Source: the human T2T-CHM13v2.0 reference genome, Homo sapiens. Taken from it: DNA of 64,000 nucleotides. Where the stretch lies: the NCBI RefSeq assembly GCF_009914755.1, contig NC_060927.1. One strand, 5' to 3'. A program made the position numbers and the translations under genes. Shown in pieces: positions 45,121 through 59,897 of this stretch; position 1 is the first letter of the stretch, and each line of letters starts with the position of its first letter. The notes beneath the pieces were generated by a model. That model saw only the letters and a program-made list of their open reading frames with translations, was not told where the DNA came from and did no database searches.

Positions 45121-47387
45121 TGATATGGTTTGTATGTGTCCCCACCCAAATCTCAACTTGAATTGTGTCTCCCAGAATTCCCACATATTGTGGCAGGGTC
45201 CCAGGGGGAGGTAATTGAATCATGGGGGCTGGTCTTTACCGTGTTAGTCTTGTGATAATTTATCATGAGATCTGATGGGTTTACCAGGGGTTTCCGCTTT
45301 TGCTTCTTCCTCATTTTCTCTTGCTGCTGCCGTGTAAGAAGTGCCCTTCACCTCCAGCCATGATTCTGAGGCCTCATCAGCTATGTGGAACTGTAAGTCC
45401 AATTAAACTTCTTTTTCTTCCCAGTCTCAGGTATGTCTTTATCAGCAGTGTGGAAATGGACTAATACAGTAAATTGGTACCAGTAGAGTGGGGTGTTGCT
45501 GAAAAGATACCTGCAAATGTGGAAGCAACGTTTTAACTGGGTAACAGGCAGAGATTGGAACAGTTTGAAGGACTCAGAAGGAAGCAGGCAAATGCGGGAA
45601 AGTTTTGAACTTCCTAGAGACTTGTTGAATGGCTTTGCTCAAAATGCTGATAGTGATATATGGACAATAAAATCCAGGCTGAGGTGGTCTCAGATGGAAA
45701 TGAGGATCTTGTTGGGACCTGGAGCAAAGGTGACTCTTGTTATGTTTTACCAAAGAATATGGTGGCATTTTGCCTCTGCCCTAGAGATTTGTGGAACTAC
45801 GAACTTAAGAGAGATGATTTAGGGTATCTGGTGGAAGAAATTTCCAAGCAGCAAAGCATTCAGGAGGTGGCTTGGGTACTGTTAAAGACATTCAGTTTTA
45901 AAAGGGAAACAGAGCATAAAAGCTCAGAAAATTTGCAGCCTGACTATGGGATAAAAAAGAAAAACCCATTTCTGGGGAGAAATTCAAGCCGGCAGCAGAA
46001 ATTTGCATAAGTATCAAGGAGCCTAATGTTAATCCCCAAGACCATGAGGAAAACATCTCCAGGCCATGTCAGAGACCTTCCCAGCAGCCCCCCTCATCAC
46101 AGGCCTGGAGGCCCAGGAGGAAAAAGTGGTTTCATGGGCTGGGCCCAGGGTCCCCATGCTATGTGCAGCCTAGGGACTTGGTGCCCTGTGTCCCAGCCAC
46201 TCCAGCTGTGGCTGAAAAGGGCCAACATACAGCTCAGGCTATGACTTCAGAGGGTATAAGCCCCATGCCTTGGCAGCTTCCATGTGGTGTTGAGCCTGTG
46301 GGTGCACAGAAGTCAAGAATCTCCACCTAGATTTCAGAAGATGTATGGAAATGCTTGGGTGCCTGGGTGAAAGTTTGCTGCAGGGGCGGGACCCTCATGG
46401 AGAACATCTGCTTGGGCAGCGTGGCAGGGAAATGTGGGGTTGGAGGCCCCACACAGAATCCTTACTGGGGTGTTGCCCCCTGAAGCTGTGAGAAGAGGTC
46501 CACCATCCTCCAGACCCCAGAATGGTAAAACCACCAACAGCTTGAACCATGGGCCTGGAAAAGCCACACACACTCAATGTCAGCCTGTGAAAGCAGCCAG
46601 GAGGGAGACTGTACCCTGCAAAGCCACAGGGATGGAGCTACCCAAGACCATGGGAACCTACCTTTTGCATCAGCGTGACCTGGATGTGAGACACGGAGTC
46701 AAAGGAGATCATTTTGGAGCTTTAAGATTTGGCTGCCCTGCTGGATTTTGGACTTGCAGGGCCCTGTAACCCCTTTGTTTTAGCCAATTTCTCCCATTTG
46801 GAACAGCTGTATTTACCTAATACCTGTACCCACATTGTATCCAGGAAGTAACTAGCTTGTTTTGATTTTACAGGCTTATAGGTGGAAGAGACTTGCCTTG
46901 TCTCAGATGAGACCTTAGATTGTGGACTTTTGAGTTATTGTTGAAATAAGTTAAGACTTTGGGGTACCCTTGGGAAGGCATGATTGGTTTTGAAATATCA
47001 GGACATGAGATTTGGAGGGGCCAGGAGCAGAATGATATGGTTTGGCTGTGTCTCCAATCAAATCTCAACTTGAATTTTATCGCCCAGAATTCCCATATGT
47101 TGTGGTAGGGACCCAGGGGGAGGTAATTGAATCATGGGGACTGGGCTTTTCCATGCTATTCCCAGGGTAGTGAATAAGTCTCATGAGATCTGATGGGTTT
47201 ATCAGGAGTTTCTGCTTTTGCTTCTTCTTCATTTTCTCTTGGTGCCGCCAGGTAAGAAGTATCTTTCACCTCCTGCCATGATATTTGAGGCCTCCCCAGC
47301 CATGTGGAACTATAAGTCCTATTAAACCTCCTTTTCTTCCCAGTCTTGGGTATATCTTTATCAGCAGTGTGAAACTGGCCTAATATA
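45121..47387 (+). mobile_element. Complete THE1A element (5'LTR 45121-45468, internal, 3'LTR 47033-47387)
   Basis: Two similar LTRs of about 350 bp; internal segment starts gtaaattggtacca; MaLR ORF remnant MDNKIQAEVVSDGNEDLVGTWSKG. Confidence 0.95.
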
Positions 47388-48429
47388 ACACCAGTGATCT
47401 TATAATATTTGAAGTATCAACTACAAAGCTACAAACTGAATGAAGGCTCCAGGAAAGCAGTTCTACAGCAACAGAAGCTAGGCTATTTCACCTGAGAGTT
47501 GCTTGAAGACACCTTTCAGTAGTGTATTTTAAATAGACAATTAGGCAGTTATTTAAGAATAGGCAGAACTGTACTTACCACCAAAGGATGTTAAATAACA
47601 CTAAGAGAACAAAGTCAGTCATCTCTTGCATGATTCTAAAAAAATATTTTAAGAAAACTGAGGTACTTAAAATAATTATATTTCAATAATATGTAAAAAG
47701 AATTTGATATTAACTGTATGGGCCTCTGAATTTTAGATAGTGTTTTTGAGCCAATTTACCTATGGCAATGGTTGATTAACTGAGAAGAATTAAGCTCACA
47801 AGTGTAAAACCATCTGTTCAGCTGCAGAAAGACCCATGCAAATCAGTCCAACAAGCTGGATTTAAAGCAGTGTGGCTCTCTGTACTTATCCAATTCACGT
47901 ATTATGATTCTGAAATTGGGCCGGAAGGAATAGAGCGTTAAAAGGGATCTTGTTTGGGAATAGGCAACATCATGGCCTTTTTATGTCAATGTTAACAAAC
48001 CAGTCACATCTGTAGGAGGGAATTGCTGGAGACTGGAACAAAACAATTGATCCTTTACTGCAGCCTGTGTAGGTGGCAATTATTTGCAGCAATGAGATGA
48101 GCAGATGCCAGTGCACACAATGTGCTAAAGGTTCAATGGCAGTATACTCCCCTGCTGTAATCTAAAGCCATGCCCAGTGTTCAGAATTTTCTGGCATTTT
48201 ATCAGCAATGACACATTTGCCTTCAGTCTGTGGAAAGATCCAGAGAACATCAGCATGTTTAAAGTCAATTTTGACTAGTACTGATACTTCAACGGGTTTG
48301 AGCTTCAGCTGATAGAGCCTACTCTGTAATTGAACTTGCTTAGACTTCTCTTACTGAATGGTGAATTGTCACAAAGTTTGAAGTTTAAAAAAAAATAGAA
48401 AATCATTATTCTATAGTTTCCATGGGCTA

Positions 48430-49135
48430 CAGTGTGGCACATTTTAGTTGGGTATCTGGTTCAAGTGTTCACCAGCCTTGTTCTCATACGGAAGCTGGAC
48501 TAGGGAATGCTTCTTCGGACTGTTGACAGAATTTATTTCCTTGCAGTTGTGGAACTTTCCAGCCCCCATGATTCAGTTACCTCCTCCTGGGTCCCTCCCA
48601 CAACATGTGGGAATTCTGGGAGATACAATTCAAGTTGAGATTTGGTTGGAGACACAGCCAAACCATTATCATTCCGCTTCTGGCCCCTCCAAATCTCATG
48701 TCCTCATATTTCAAAACCAATCATGCCTTCCCAATAGTACCCCAAAGTCTAACTAACTAACTAACTAACTAATTTCAGCATTAACCCAAAAGTCCCCATT
48801 GTGCTGCTGGCTGTGGGTCTAGCACTTCTCTCGGTTCCACCACTTTCAAATGAGTTCAATAGTAATGGCCCCTCTTCATCTCAGCTGGGGAGAATCTCTC
48901 TCACAAGAAATCTGTCTCAAGCTCTCTGACTTCTTCCACAGCCAGTATAAGGCAAACTCTTTAAAGGATTTATGTGATCAAATTAGGCACATGCAGATAA
49001 TCTTTCTTTCTAAATGTCACCTATGCCATATACCATAATCATGGGAGTAAACCCCATCATATGAACAGTCCCAGGGATTATGTAGGACAAGGAACAGGAA
49101 GCCTTGGGGAGCTCCTGTGAATAATGCCTACCACA
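48430..49135 (-). mobile_element. Old MLT1 LTR interrupted by a THE1A fragment
   Basis: cagaatttatttccttgcagttgt...tgcctaccaca. Confidence 0.65.
48561..48795 (-). mobile_element. THE1A internal/LTR junction fragment, inverted, containing (CTAA)n
   Basis: Reverse complement aligns with 46924-47142. Confidence 0.9.
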
Positions 49136-51105
49136 GAATCTATGGCAAATACAACAATATAAACTAAAATTCTAAATTGTCTACCAAAAGAGATCACTGA
49201 CTTACATTTTAGCAGGCCAGGAAACATGTCTTAGAGCCCAGAGTATGTGGAAGCAGTGCACATATCTTTAACATTTTATATTTATATTACCCAAAAAGGA
49301 ATTAAAGTGACATTTTATGTTATGTTACCCAATAAGGAATAAACAGCATACAAATGGAGTGGGAAACTGAAACAAATGCAACAGAATACAGGTGTAAGAA
49401 GCTGGAATGAGGGAGACAAGGGCTTGCCTTGACAGAAGAATGTGATGTGATCAATCTAAATTTATGGGCTTACAAGGGAGTGTTGCTTTTTGAATGTATC
49501 CCAGACGATACAGTTGAAATGGCTAGAGTGAGAATGAGTTATATAACTGACAGCAAAATACAAAAAAAAAAAAACTACCTTTTGAGAAAACATTTTATTT
49601 GAGTTATGATTATTTCAGTACTAATAATTATAATGCATTTCCCAAGACAGGCACAAGAGAATCCCAAACAACTGTGATTATCATCTGAAAGTGATTCATT
49701 ACTGCGTGGTGCACTGGGATGAAGAACCTAAAGTGACCAGATGAAAGTGTAAAGGCTGAATATTTTTTTAAAAATGTTGCAGCTGCATCTTCATTTTTCC
49801 TTAGTCCTGTCTGCTCCTACTCCTTTATTTCCCTTGGACTTCCCTATTTAGTTGAAGCCTTTGCCATCTCATGCCCACCTGCTCTAAATCCAAATTATCT
49901 TCCATCTCCTCTTTTTGTGCAGGGAACTAGAAAACCATTTGCCCCTCATCTACAAAGGGAAAGCTAATAAATTCATATCAGTTTATTATGTTGTGAAAGT
50001 AAACTCATGGAAACTCTCCCTTCATTTTCCTTTGTATTCCATGTGACAGCCCTCTCTGTTCCCTTTTAGAACTGAGGTTCTCAAGAGAATTTTCCTCATA
50101 TGGTTGTTTAAGTGCTAAATTATATGGTATATTAAACTATGTCAAGCTGTCTAACACAGAATAAGAGAAAAAGGAATGGAAATAAAATTAATATATGATG
50201 TATAAATTGTTAGATTTTAGGGATTCAAATGAAAAATAAACCCACCACTGCCTCTAAGTTAGAGAAAAGATTTCCCATCTCAAAAGTATGAAGATTTCTT
50301 CAGGAATCATCCTTGCAGGAGGAACCTGCAAGGACAATTTGAAGAATAAGATTTCTTCCGGAATTATTTACCCTTTCCTTCTGGTGGGATTTGGGAGTGT
50401 TGGACCCGGTGGGGAAGGAGGGGTTGCTTCCTAGTTCCAGGCACTTGTAGCATAATCCCCCTTGCTAGCCTGCTAGTTTCTCCACTGGAGAAACTCCTGC
50501 CACCTCCTCTGCAAGAAGCAGTGGAAGCCCCAGATGCCTAAGACAAAACGCAAAAAACCAAATAGCAAAGCAAAGTTCTGGAAATTAGATTTACAAAGGG
50601 ACCACAGCCCACAGCCCACAAAAATGGGTCAGGATCTGTGTGATAAACAGCCTGCTAAAATTATTAAGAAAAGAATGAATAGGATCCAGAGTCTCTGAAC
50701 ACAATAGCCAAAATGTCCAAAGTAAAGTTGAGAATCACTTGAGAATCACTCATCATACTAGGGACTGAAAAAAAATGTCAACTTGAGAAAGAAAAGACAA
50801 TCAAATGAAGCCATCACTGAGATGAAAGCAGCTATCAAAAAATATGTAAACAAACAATTAAAAATTATCTTGATGTGAAAAAATAGAAAATCTTAGCAAA
50901 GAAATATAAATTTTAAAGTGAACTAAATTGAAATTATTTCAATTTGAAAAACGAGATAAATTATAAGAATGTGTTATTTTGGTTAACAGCAGAGTAAAGA
51001 TGACAGAGAATAGAATCAATGAACTTTTGGGCAAAACAATGTAATTTACCCAATCTGAACAACAGAGGAAAAAAAGAAGACTGAAAAAAGAAACAGAGCC
51101 TCAGG

Positions 51106-51136
<31 letters not shown>

Positions 51137-51256
51137 GAAAAGAAAGAAAAAACAAAAAGAGCGGAGCCTCAGAAACAGTGAGACAATAGCAAATTTTCCA
51201 ACATTTGTACTATGAAGGCTCTGAAAGAAACAAAAGACTGGAGCATGAGATCAGCC

Positions 51257-52064
<808 letters not shown>

Positions 52065-53884
52065 CCAAGAAATATTATAACTCAGCTTCTGAAATAAAGA
52101 CAAAAAAAAAAGTCTTAAAAGCAGCCATAGATAAATGACATGTGACTTATAGGGGAACATCATCAAGTCTCATGACTGGATTTCTCATCTAAAACCAGGA
52201 GGAAGTGGCATATTCATTCCAGTGATGTTAGAAAAGAACTATCAATTGTGGATATTCTGTAACTTTTGAAACTATCCTTCAAAAACACGGGGGAAATAAT
52301 AACATTCTCAGACAAAAAAAAACCTACAAGAATTTGTACTATCAGACCTACTCTTAAAGAATGACTAAATGATGTTCTTGCAACACAAAGAAAGGAGAAA
52401 ATAGGAATCTCAAAGCATCAGAGAAGAAATAACAATTAAACAAGTAGAAATATGTGTAAGTACAACTAACCATCCTCCTCCTAAGTTTGAAAAAATAATA
52501 TGTGATGACTGAAACAAAAATTATATAACACAATCAAATCTCAAGATAATGATATTTAATAGTGGGTAAGGTAAGTGGATCTAAATGAAGTAAGGCTTCC
52601 ACACCCCACTCAGAGTGATAAAATGTTGATACCGGTTGACTGTGATACATAGCATATGTGAATTGCAATGTACAGAACAACTACTAAAGAAACTATATCA
52701 AGACAGAATTCCCTCAAATATTCTAGTAACCCCAAAAAAGACAAGAAAAGGGACACATTTTTTTTCATAATAGCCAACAACTAGAACCAACCCAGATGTC
52801 CTTCAATGAGTGAACTGTTTAAAAACTGTGGTATATTCATACCATGAAATACTCCTTAGTAATATGAAAGAACAAATTAGGACATGTGAATCATCTTGGA
52901 TGAATTTCCATGGAATTACGCTGAATTGAATAAATCAATCCCAAAGTTTACTTATTGTAAGGTTCCATTTATGTAGCATTATTAAAATGACAACATTGTA
53001 GAAATGGAGAACTGATTCATGCTTGCCAAGGGTTAGAGATAAGCAGACAAAAGTTGATGTGACTATGAAACAGTGACAGAAAGTATCCCTGTGGTGATGG
53101 AATTATTCTATATTTTGACTGTATCAATGTCAGTATCCCTGCTATAATATTGTACTATAGTTTTACAAGATGGCGCCATTGGAGAAAAGTGAGTAAAAGA
53201 CTCACAAGCAATCTGTATTATTTCTTATAATTGAGTATTTTATGATAATTGATGGAATCCCGTATACAATTTACCTCCATCTCCCATGTTTTCATGAGTT
53301 GTTTTCTTATACCTGTTTTTACTTTATATATTCATTGTGCCAACTGAACATCCTCAGATACACTCTATGTTTGAAATAAAGATTGTTCTGAATCTCATGA
53401 AACTGCAAAAGCTATTGATTTTTCACAAAGAGCTTAAAGATAGCATCCGAAATCCCTGTGGAAAATATGCCTGGAGACCGAAGTGTAATTTTCATAAGTC
53501 CAAACATTTGTTGAATTGAGGTGACTCTGTGAATCAAACATGAAGCCTGACTCTCCTCCTCTCTCAAGTGAAAATACTGTTTTCAAAAATACTTGTTTTT
53601 CAAAGAGAAAAGCATATCTAGATGAAAAATGTAGATATGAAAACCTAGAAATGACACAGGAAAAAATGCTGAAATTACAATTGTCTCATAGTCTGTAATG
53701 TTTTAACTAAGCTTGTTTCATTAAAAATATTTATGAAATAAGAATATGTGGATTGTTGTAAAGAACATGAATTTTTTTCTATCAGAAATGTTCAAGTAAT
53801 TCAGCAATCTGCCTGAGCATTCATCCCCGATTCCCAAACTTCTTAATGTTCCGTGATTGCTTAGAAGATAATAATCCATCTCTT

Positions 53885-54770
53885 TAATATACAAATGGTC
53901 AATAAACATATGAAAAGATGTTCCACATCACTAATTATCAGGGAAATGCAAATCAAAACCACAATGCAATACCAACTTACTTCTGCAAGAATAGCCATAA
54001 TTTAAAAATAAAAAAATAATAGAAGTTTGCATGGATGAGGTGAAAAGGGAACAGTTTTATACTACTGGTGGGAATGTAAACTAGAACAACAACTTTGGAA
54101 AGCAATATGGAGATTCCTTAAAGAACTAAAAGTAGATCTACTATTTATCCAACTATCCCACTACTGAATATCTACCCATAGGAAAATAAGTCATTATATG
54201 AAAAAGACACTTGCACACACATATTTATAGCAGCACAATTCACAATTGCAAAAACATGCAACCAGTCTAAATGCCCATCAACCAATGAGTGGATAAACCA
54301 AATGAAAGATATACATATATACACACATATATACATACACATATATACACACACACACATATATATATATATACACACACATATGTATGTTATGTATGTC
54401 CATACACACCATGGAATACTACTCAACCATGTAAAGGAATGAAATAATGGCATTCAAAGCAACCTGGATGGAGTTGGAGACCATTATTCTAACTGAAGTA
54501 ACTCAGGAATGGAAAACCAAACATAGGCTCTCACTTATAAGTGGGAGCTAAATATTATGATGCAAAGGCATAAAAATGATATAATGGGCTCTGGGGACTT
54601 GGGGGAAAGTGTGAGGGGAGGTGAGGAATAAAAGACTACACTTTGGGTACAGTGTGCACTGCTTGGGTCTCAGGTGCACCAAAATCTCAGAAATCACCAC
54701 TAAAGAATTTATCCATGTAACCAAACACCACCTGTTCCCCCAAAACTACGGATATAATAATTTTTAAAAA
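53885..54770 (+). mobile_element. L1PB-like 3' fragment with internal (TA/CA)n
   Basis: ORF2 end and 3'UTR tgcaccaaaatctcagaaatcaccactaaagaa. Confidence 0.88.
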
Positions 54771-56804
54771 CTGAAGAAATAAGGTAGATGTGAGTTTTCA
54801 TATTACAGAGAACATGTACCATATATACTGATATATAAGCAGCCAAAAATTAAATACAAAAATAACAAGAATACAGATACATATTCTTTCAAAACCTAAA
54901 TAATATGCTAGATAACATTTCAGATGATCAACTCTCATAATATTTTTTTATTACAGTCGACTTTCTAGTGGTTTCAGTCATTTTGACACTTATCAACTTT
55001 GGAGGAATCTTGAAGCATCACCACATTCATGTAGTTACTGATTTATTGATGCTATTATTTGTTAAACAAATACATATTTCCTATCTGCAGTATACAGTGA
55101 TCCCTAAGGAGAAGAACATTAAGTGCTTGTTAAAATATCCACAGACCTAGATAGAATGCATTATATATGTGAAAATCTTGCTGTCATCTAGAGGGAGGAA
55201 TTATTTCTAATAGGACTGGGAAACGATTAGAAGAGAAGGAGATTAATTTATTTTAAAAGTAGATGTAGTGTAAATATGACCAAGAAAAACATTACTACAT
55301 AGGCTACCCTTTTCCCCAAGCAGTTACTAGGTGTGTCTACTGAACTATCTAATAGATAAAGGCAAATGGCCTCAAATATTTAACTTGTATAGAAATACAT
55401 ACTTCTCTGCAAGCAGAGATACACATGTATTAACATAATGTAACTCAAATGTACAATCAAAAATATATTTACTGTACAACTTATAAATGCAAGTCTATAA
55501 GTACATGGGAGTGATCAAATAAAGATGACCCAGTTATAAATAAACTACAACAACAAAAATTTTGAAAATAACAAAGCACCCAGCAGAAAGTCTCAGTGTA
55601 CATGGTGTCAGAATCTATGGTAACTATAAGTTAGCTATTGATAGTTTAGGGAGGGCATGTCTACATTTTCTCTGCATCATATTAAGAGAACTCAAATCAC
55701 ATAAAACTTCAGCCTTAATTAAAGTAACTCTATGATATATGATGTTCTTTTATTTTTATAATAGTTGAAAATTGCATTATACTCACACTACCAAGGCAAG
55801 CATTTTTTAGCAAATGCATCTCAATAGCATCTTTCTGAATTTTACTTTAAAATTTTAATGTAATTATTTAAGGTATGCTTATGCACAAAGAGGGAAATGT
55901 TTTTACTTTATTATTTAAAAATTGTAATGCAATATACATTATTCCAAATTGACAGCTTTTCCCCCATGACTACCTACATAATTGGTTTGAAATGAAAAGG
56001 TAAAGACATTTAAAGGGCTTTTCTTTTACAGAAACTTAAAGTGATACAGCTGTTTCAGCTAGGGCAAATGATTATAAATTATTAGTGTCAATCAAAGACG
56101 TGATTTCCATTTCCTGATTAAATCTATACAAAAGATCTTCAAACACACAGTTCGGCTGCCACCAAATGACAAATCAATCAGAAAAGACAATACAAGTGAG
56201 TGATTAGGCTGCAGGAAAAAGACAATAGTATGTGGGTGGCATTTTCTCCCTCATTCAAAGCCCTATTATTAATCAGAAAATGTGAGTGGCCGTTTATTGC
56301 ATCTACTTTTATTTAAACATTAAAAGGTTTCAATATGAACATTCTATATCCTAAGACATTGAAACAACAAAAGAAATGGCTTCAATGGCTTTTAAATATG
56401 TTGGCTTAAGAGAACAATGTAGGTTTACTCAAATGCATTAAAAAATGTGAGTGGGTAGCAATTGCTTTGAAGCAAAAAAAAAAAAAAAACCCTACAGATG
56501 ACTTAATTAAAGAACAAAAATGTCAAGCTTTTTCCATGTTTTCTAGATTGATTTACACCCTTATCAAGTTGGTTGTCATGTCCAATAGAGTTTGGTTTCC
56601 ATCACTAAACTCAACAGACTTTAGGCACCAAAACATGAAATTTGAAAAAATGTTAGCAGCATTGAATTCAGAGCTTAGAGAGAAACTTTGATTTTAAAGA
56701 ATTAAGCATATATTCTTTTCAATTTCATCAGTAAATTTTTTGATAAGTCATAAACCTCTTGACATATTTAAGTCTAAAGCATTTAAGCTTGTAAATGTTC
56801 TGAA

Positions 56805-57090
56805 TAATGTTATATACTATATATATACCTACATATACATGTATATATGTATATATCTGAATGTTATATATTACATATATATAACTACATATATATGTAT
56901 ATATGTAGGTATATATAATATATATGTAGGTATATATGTATATATGTATATATATGTAGGTATATATAATATAATATATATGTAGGTATATATATAATAT
57001 ATAACATTATTTATATATACCTACATATATATCTCTATATATGTGTATATATATGTAGGCATATATAAATAATATCTGGATATGTAGGTA
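56805..57090. repeat. AT-rich (TA)n / tatatgtagg repeat
   Basis: Seen directly. Confidence 0.9.
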
Positions 57091-57369
57091 TAATCTCTAG
57101 ATTTAATACTTTAAAATATTAGGTATATAGGTATAATCTACATATTTAGTACTTTATTTTAGAATGCAATAGGTATTTTGATGTCTAATTTATGAATGAT
57201 TTAAACTTATCCTCAGAAAAGCATTGGCAATAGATAGGTACTCAAAATACTTTAAAAAGCAATTATCAAAATAAGTATTTCCATTCAAATTTATAACTGT
57301 AAAGTGTTTTTTTTTAAAGGTACTCACTAATTTATGCATCTAATATATTGAGTAGTTTTAAACTTAATA

Positions 57370-57671
57370 CAATTTTTCCTCTTTATCCCTGGAGAATTGC
57401 TTCCAGGAACCTCTTCCGATGCCAAAATTCAAGGCTGTTCAAATCCCTTACATAAAATGATGCAGTATTTCTTATAACCTACACGCATCCTCCCACGTAC
57501 TTTAAATCATCTCTTGATTACTTGTAATACCTAATGTAATGTAAATGCTATGTGAATAGTTGTTATATGGTATTTTTCATTTGTATTGCTCTGTTTTTTT
57601 TTCAAGTATTTTTAATCCATGGTTGGATGCATCTGCAGGTGCAGAACCCATGGACACGGAGAGCCAACTGT
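57370..57671. mobile_element. MER2 (Tigger-family MITE)
   Basis: ataacctacacgcatcctccc...tactttaaatcatctc...gaacccatggacacggagagccaactg. Confidence 0.85.
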
Positions 57672-59897
57672 GTATGTATACAATTACTTTCTGACGTATT
57701 TATGAAATAAAAATAATATTAATACATTAGAAGTAGTATAAACTAAACCTCCATAGTAGTAATACTTCAGAATATATTGTTGTTCTCCTTTTATAGATCA
57801 GATGCCTAGCAAAACCTTGTGAAAGTTGTACAGCATACTAGTGGCTGGTGTTAAGTTTTAATTATCCACGTATCTGTTTTTAACATTCAAAGATTACATA
57901 GCAATTTTTCTAGAAATGTGGGCTAATTAGTGACACTTGATATAAATGAGGAAATTCAATTGCATTTTTTTCTTGAGATACAGAAAATGCCAGCATTCTC
58001 CTCGTTATATTCTGTACTCCCGTCCCCATCTACCATTTTTTTAATTGGGCTGTAGAATGATCAACGTCACACCAAGCCAATTTATCCACCATTGACCTAC
58101 GTAACTGTTTTTGTTATTTTTTGCAGCTTTGAATGTGAGAATAAAAGCATTTAAAAAAACCTTCAGTGTCATTACTTTGATGCTTCTCTGAAATGCTGTT
58201 AATTTTTTCCTCTAGACAAATCACTAGGGAATAGCAGTAATGAACTTCCCAGGCTTTATATATCTAGCTCTCAAGTGAATTTTGAACGTTCATGTGTGGG
58301 CAAAAATGTGTGTTTTTGCACATAATTTAGAAAAAAAAGTGATTGTGTGTTTTTACCACCAATGACTCCAAAACTAATCAATATATTTTATATAATGTTA
58401 TTTCAATGTTTTATTTAAATTTCCAAATAGATATATTTGTTATATAAAATCTACTCACCATTAACTCTACCAAGAACATATAGCAGAATATATACTTCAT
58501 GTGAAGATAGATATTAACTTCCATGGTTTCTAATTTAACCACACTTATCCTGGTAATGGACATAGAGCAGGGACAAATTTTGCCTTGTTACTTAGTTACT
58601 AACTTTCCTTAAAAGAAAAGCTTTTAGTCAAAATATTTTTACCTCCGTAAATAACTATTTTGAATAAAATATATTCAAAATTTAACTCGATCAGGCTTTT
58701 ATGTGCACCATTTATTATGCAGAAAAATATTTTCACTCAATCTTTTTGTTTCAAAAACAAACTTTACAAAAGGCTTACTTAGCATCAAAAATTAGATTTT
58801 GTAGTAGATTGCACTATTTTAAGATAATATGCCTTCTTCTTTCTTCCTAGAGAATTATATTTATCTCATCCACATCTGGCTTGGTTATGAAATGTTATCT
58901 GTTATATGCACCTCTGAGCAGAAACTTTCAAGTTCATTGATTAGTTTCAACAAGTTCTCTTTTTTCTGAGCCATAATAAATGCAAAGTCCCAGATAGGGG
59001 CTATTCTTTTAGCCTCAGCTTCCAAATTATGAATAAACCATAGCAGAGTTCCAGCCTGCCCAGCATAGATACAGACATTTTTTGTTTTTGTTGGAAGTCT
59101 CTGAGGTTTAGAGTTGTTTATCATCAAAATGATTCTAGAATAAACTGATAGATACAGCTAAAAGAGAAAAACTAAATTGTTACTCTTCCCTCTCTCTGGG
59201 CACTCAAAATTTATATTGTCTTAACAAAATAACATTTAGTTACATTGCATACATAGCAATATATTTTCTATCATAGCAATACGTATTTGAGTACCTACTA
59301 TTTGCAAAAACAAACAAACAAACAAAAAACTGGATTAAGTGTGTAAATTATTTGTAAAGGATAAGTAGCCATAGTTGTGAACAGGACCTAATACTACAGT
59401 TTGTGTAATAAGACAGGAACATGGAGTGTAAGAATGTCACAAGGCAATGTGTGATTCCTTTCCAATTAAGTTTTGTAAAGGAGGCTCCCATGAATTGGAG
59501 ACTTCTTTGTCAAATATTCCTGAACAATGTGGGAAATTAACAGTACATTAAGTGATGGTAAATTTTAGATTTGGGGTGGAAAATACATTTAGTGGCTAAC
59601 AGAGTGAAGAAATGCACAGAAATGAGAAGGAATGAGGTCTGCTCAAGGCTAAACTTTTGGAGGCTCTTTGGGACAGTCATTGAATGAAAGACTGGAAACT
59701 GTCTTTGGATCCTGATTTCCCCAACTGTTCTGCTAAAAAACACTATTCAATAAGTATACTCCAAAATTTGAGTTATTTTCCAATTAGTGGAAAATACAGA
59801 AATAGGAAAATGAAGAACAGTTGTATTCATGCTGAGCTCCCCACATAATTTAATATACTGATATACATTGTGAATCTCCACTATGTGAATAACAGTA

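Noticed and set aside
45493-46769. ORFs in THE1 internal regions (also 60210-61601)
   Set aside because: Fragmented MaLR internal ORF remnants
58100-58150. Splice acceptor-like ttttttgcag followed by AATAAA
   Set aside because: Both motifs are common by chance in AT-rich DNA; no partner exon can be identified
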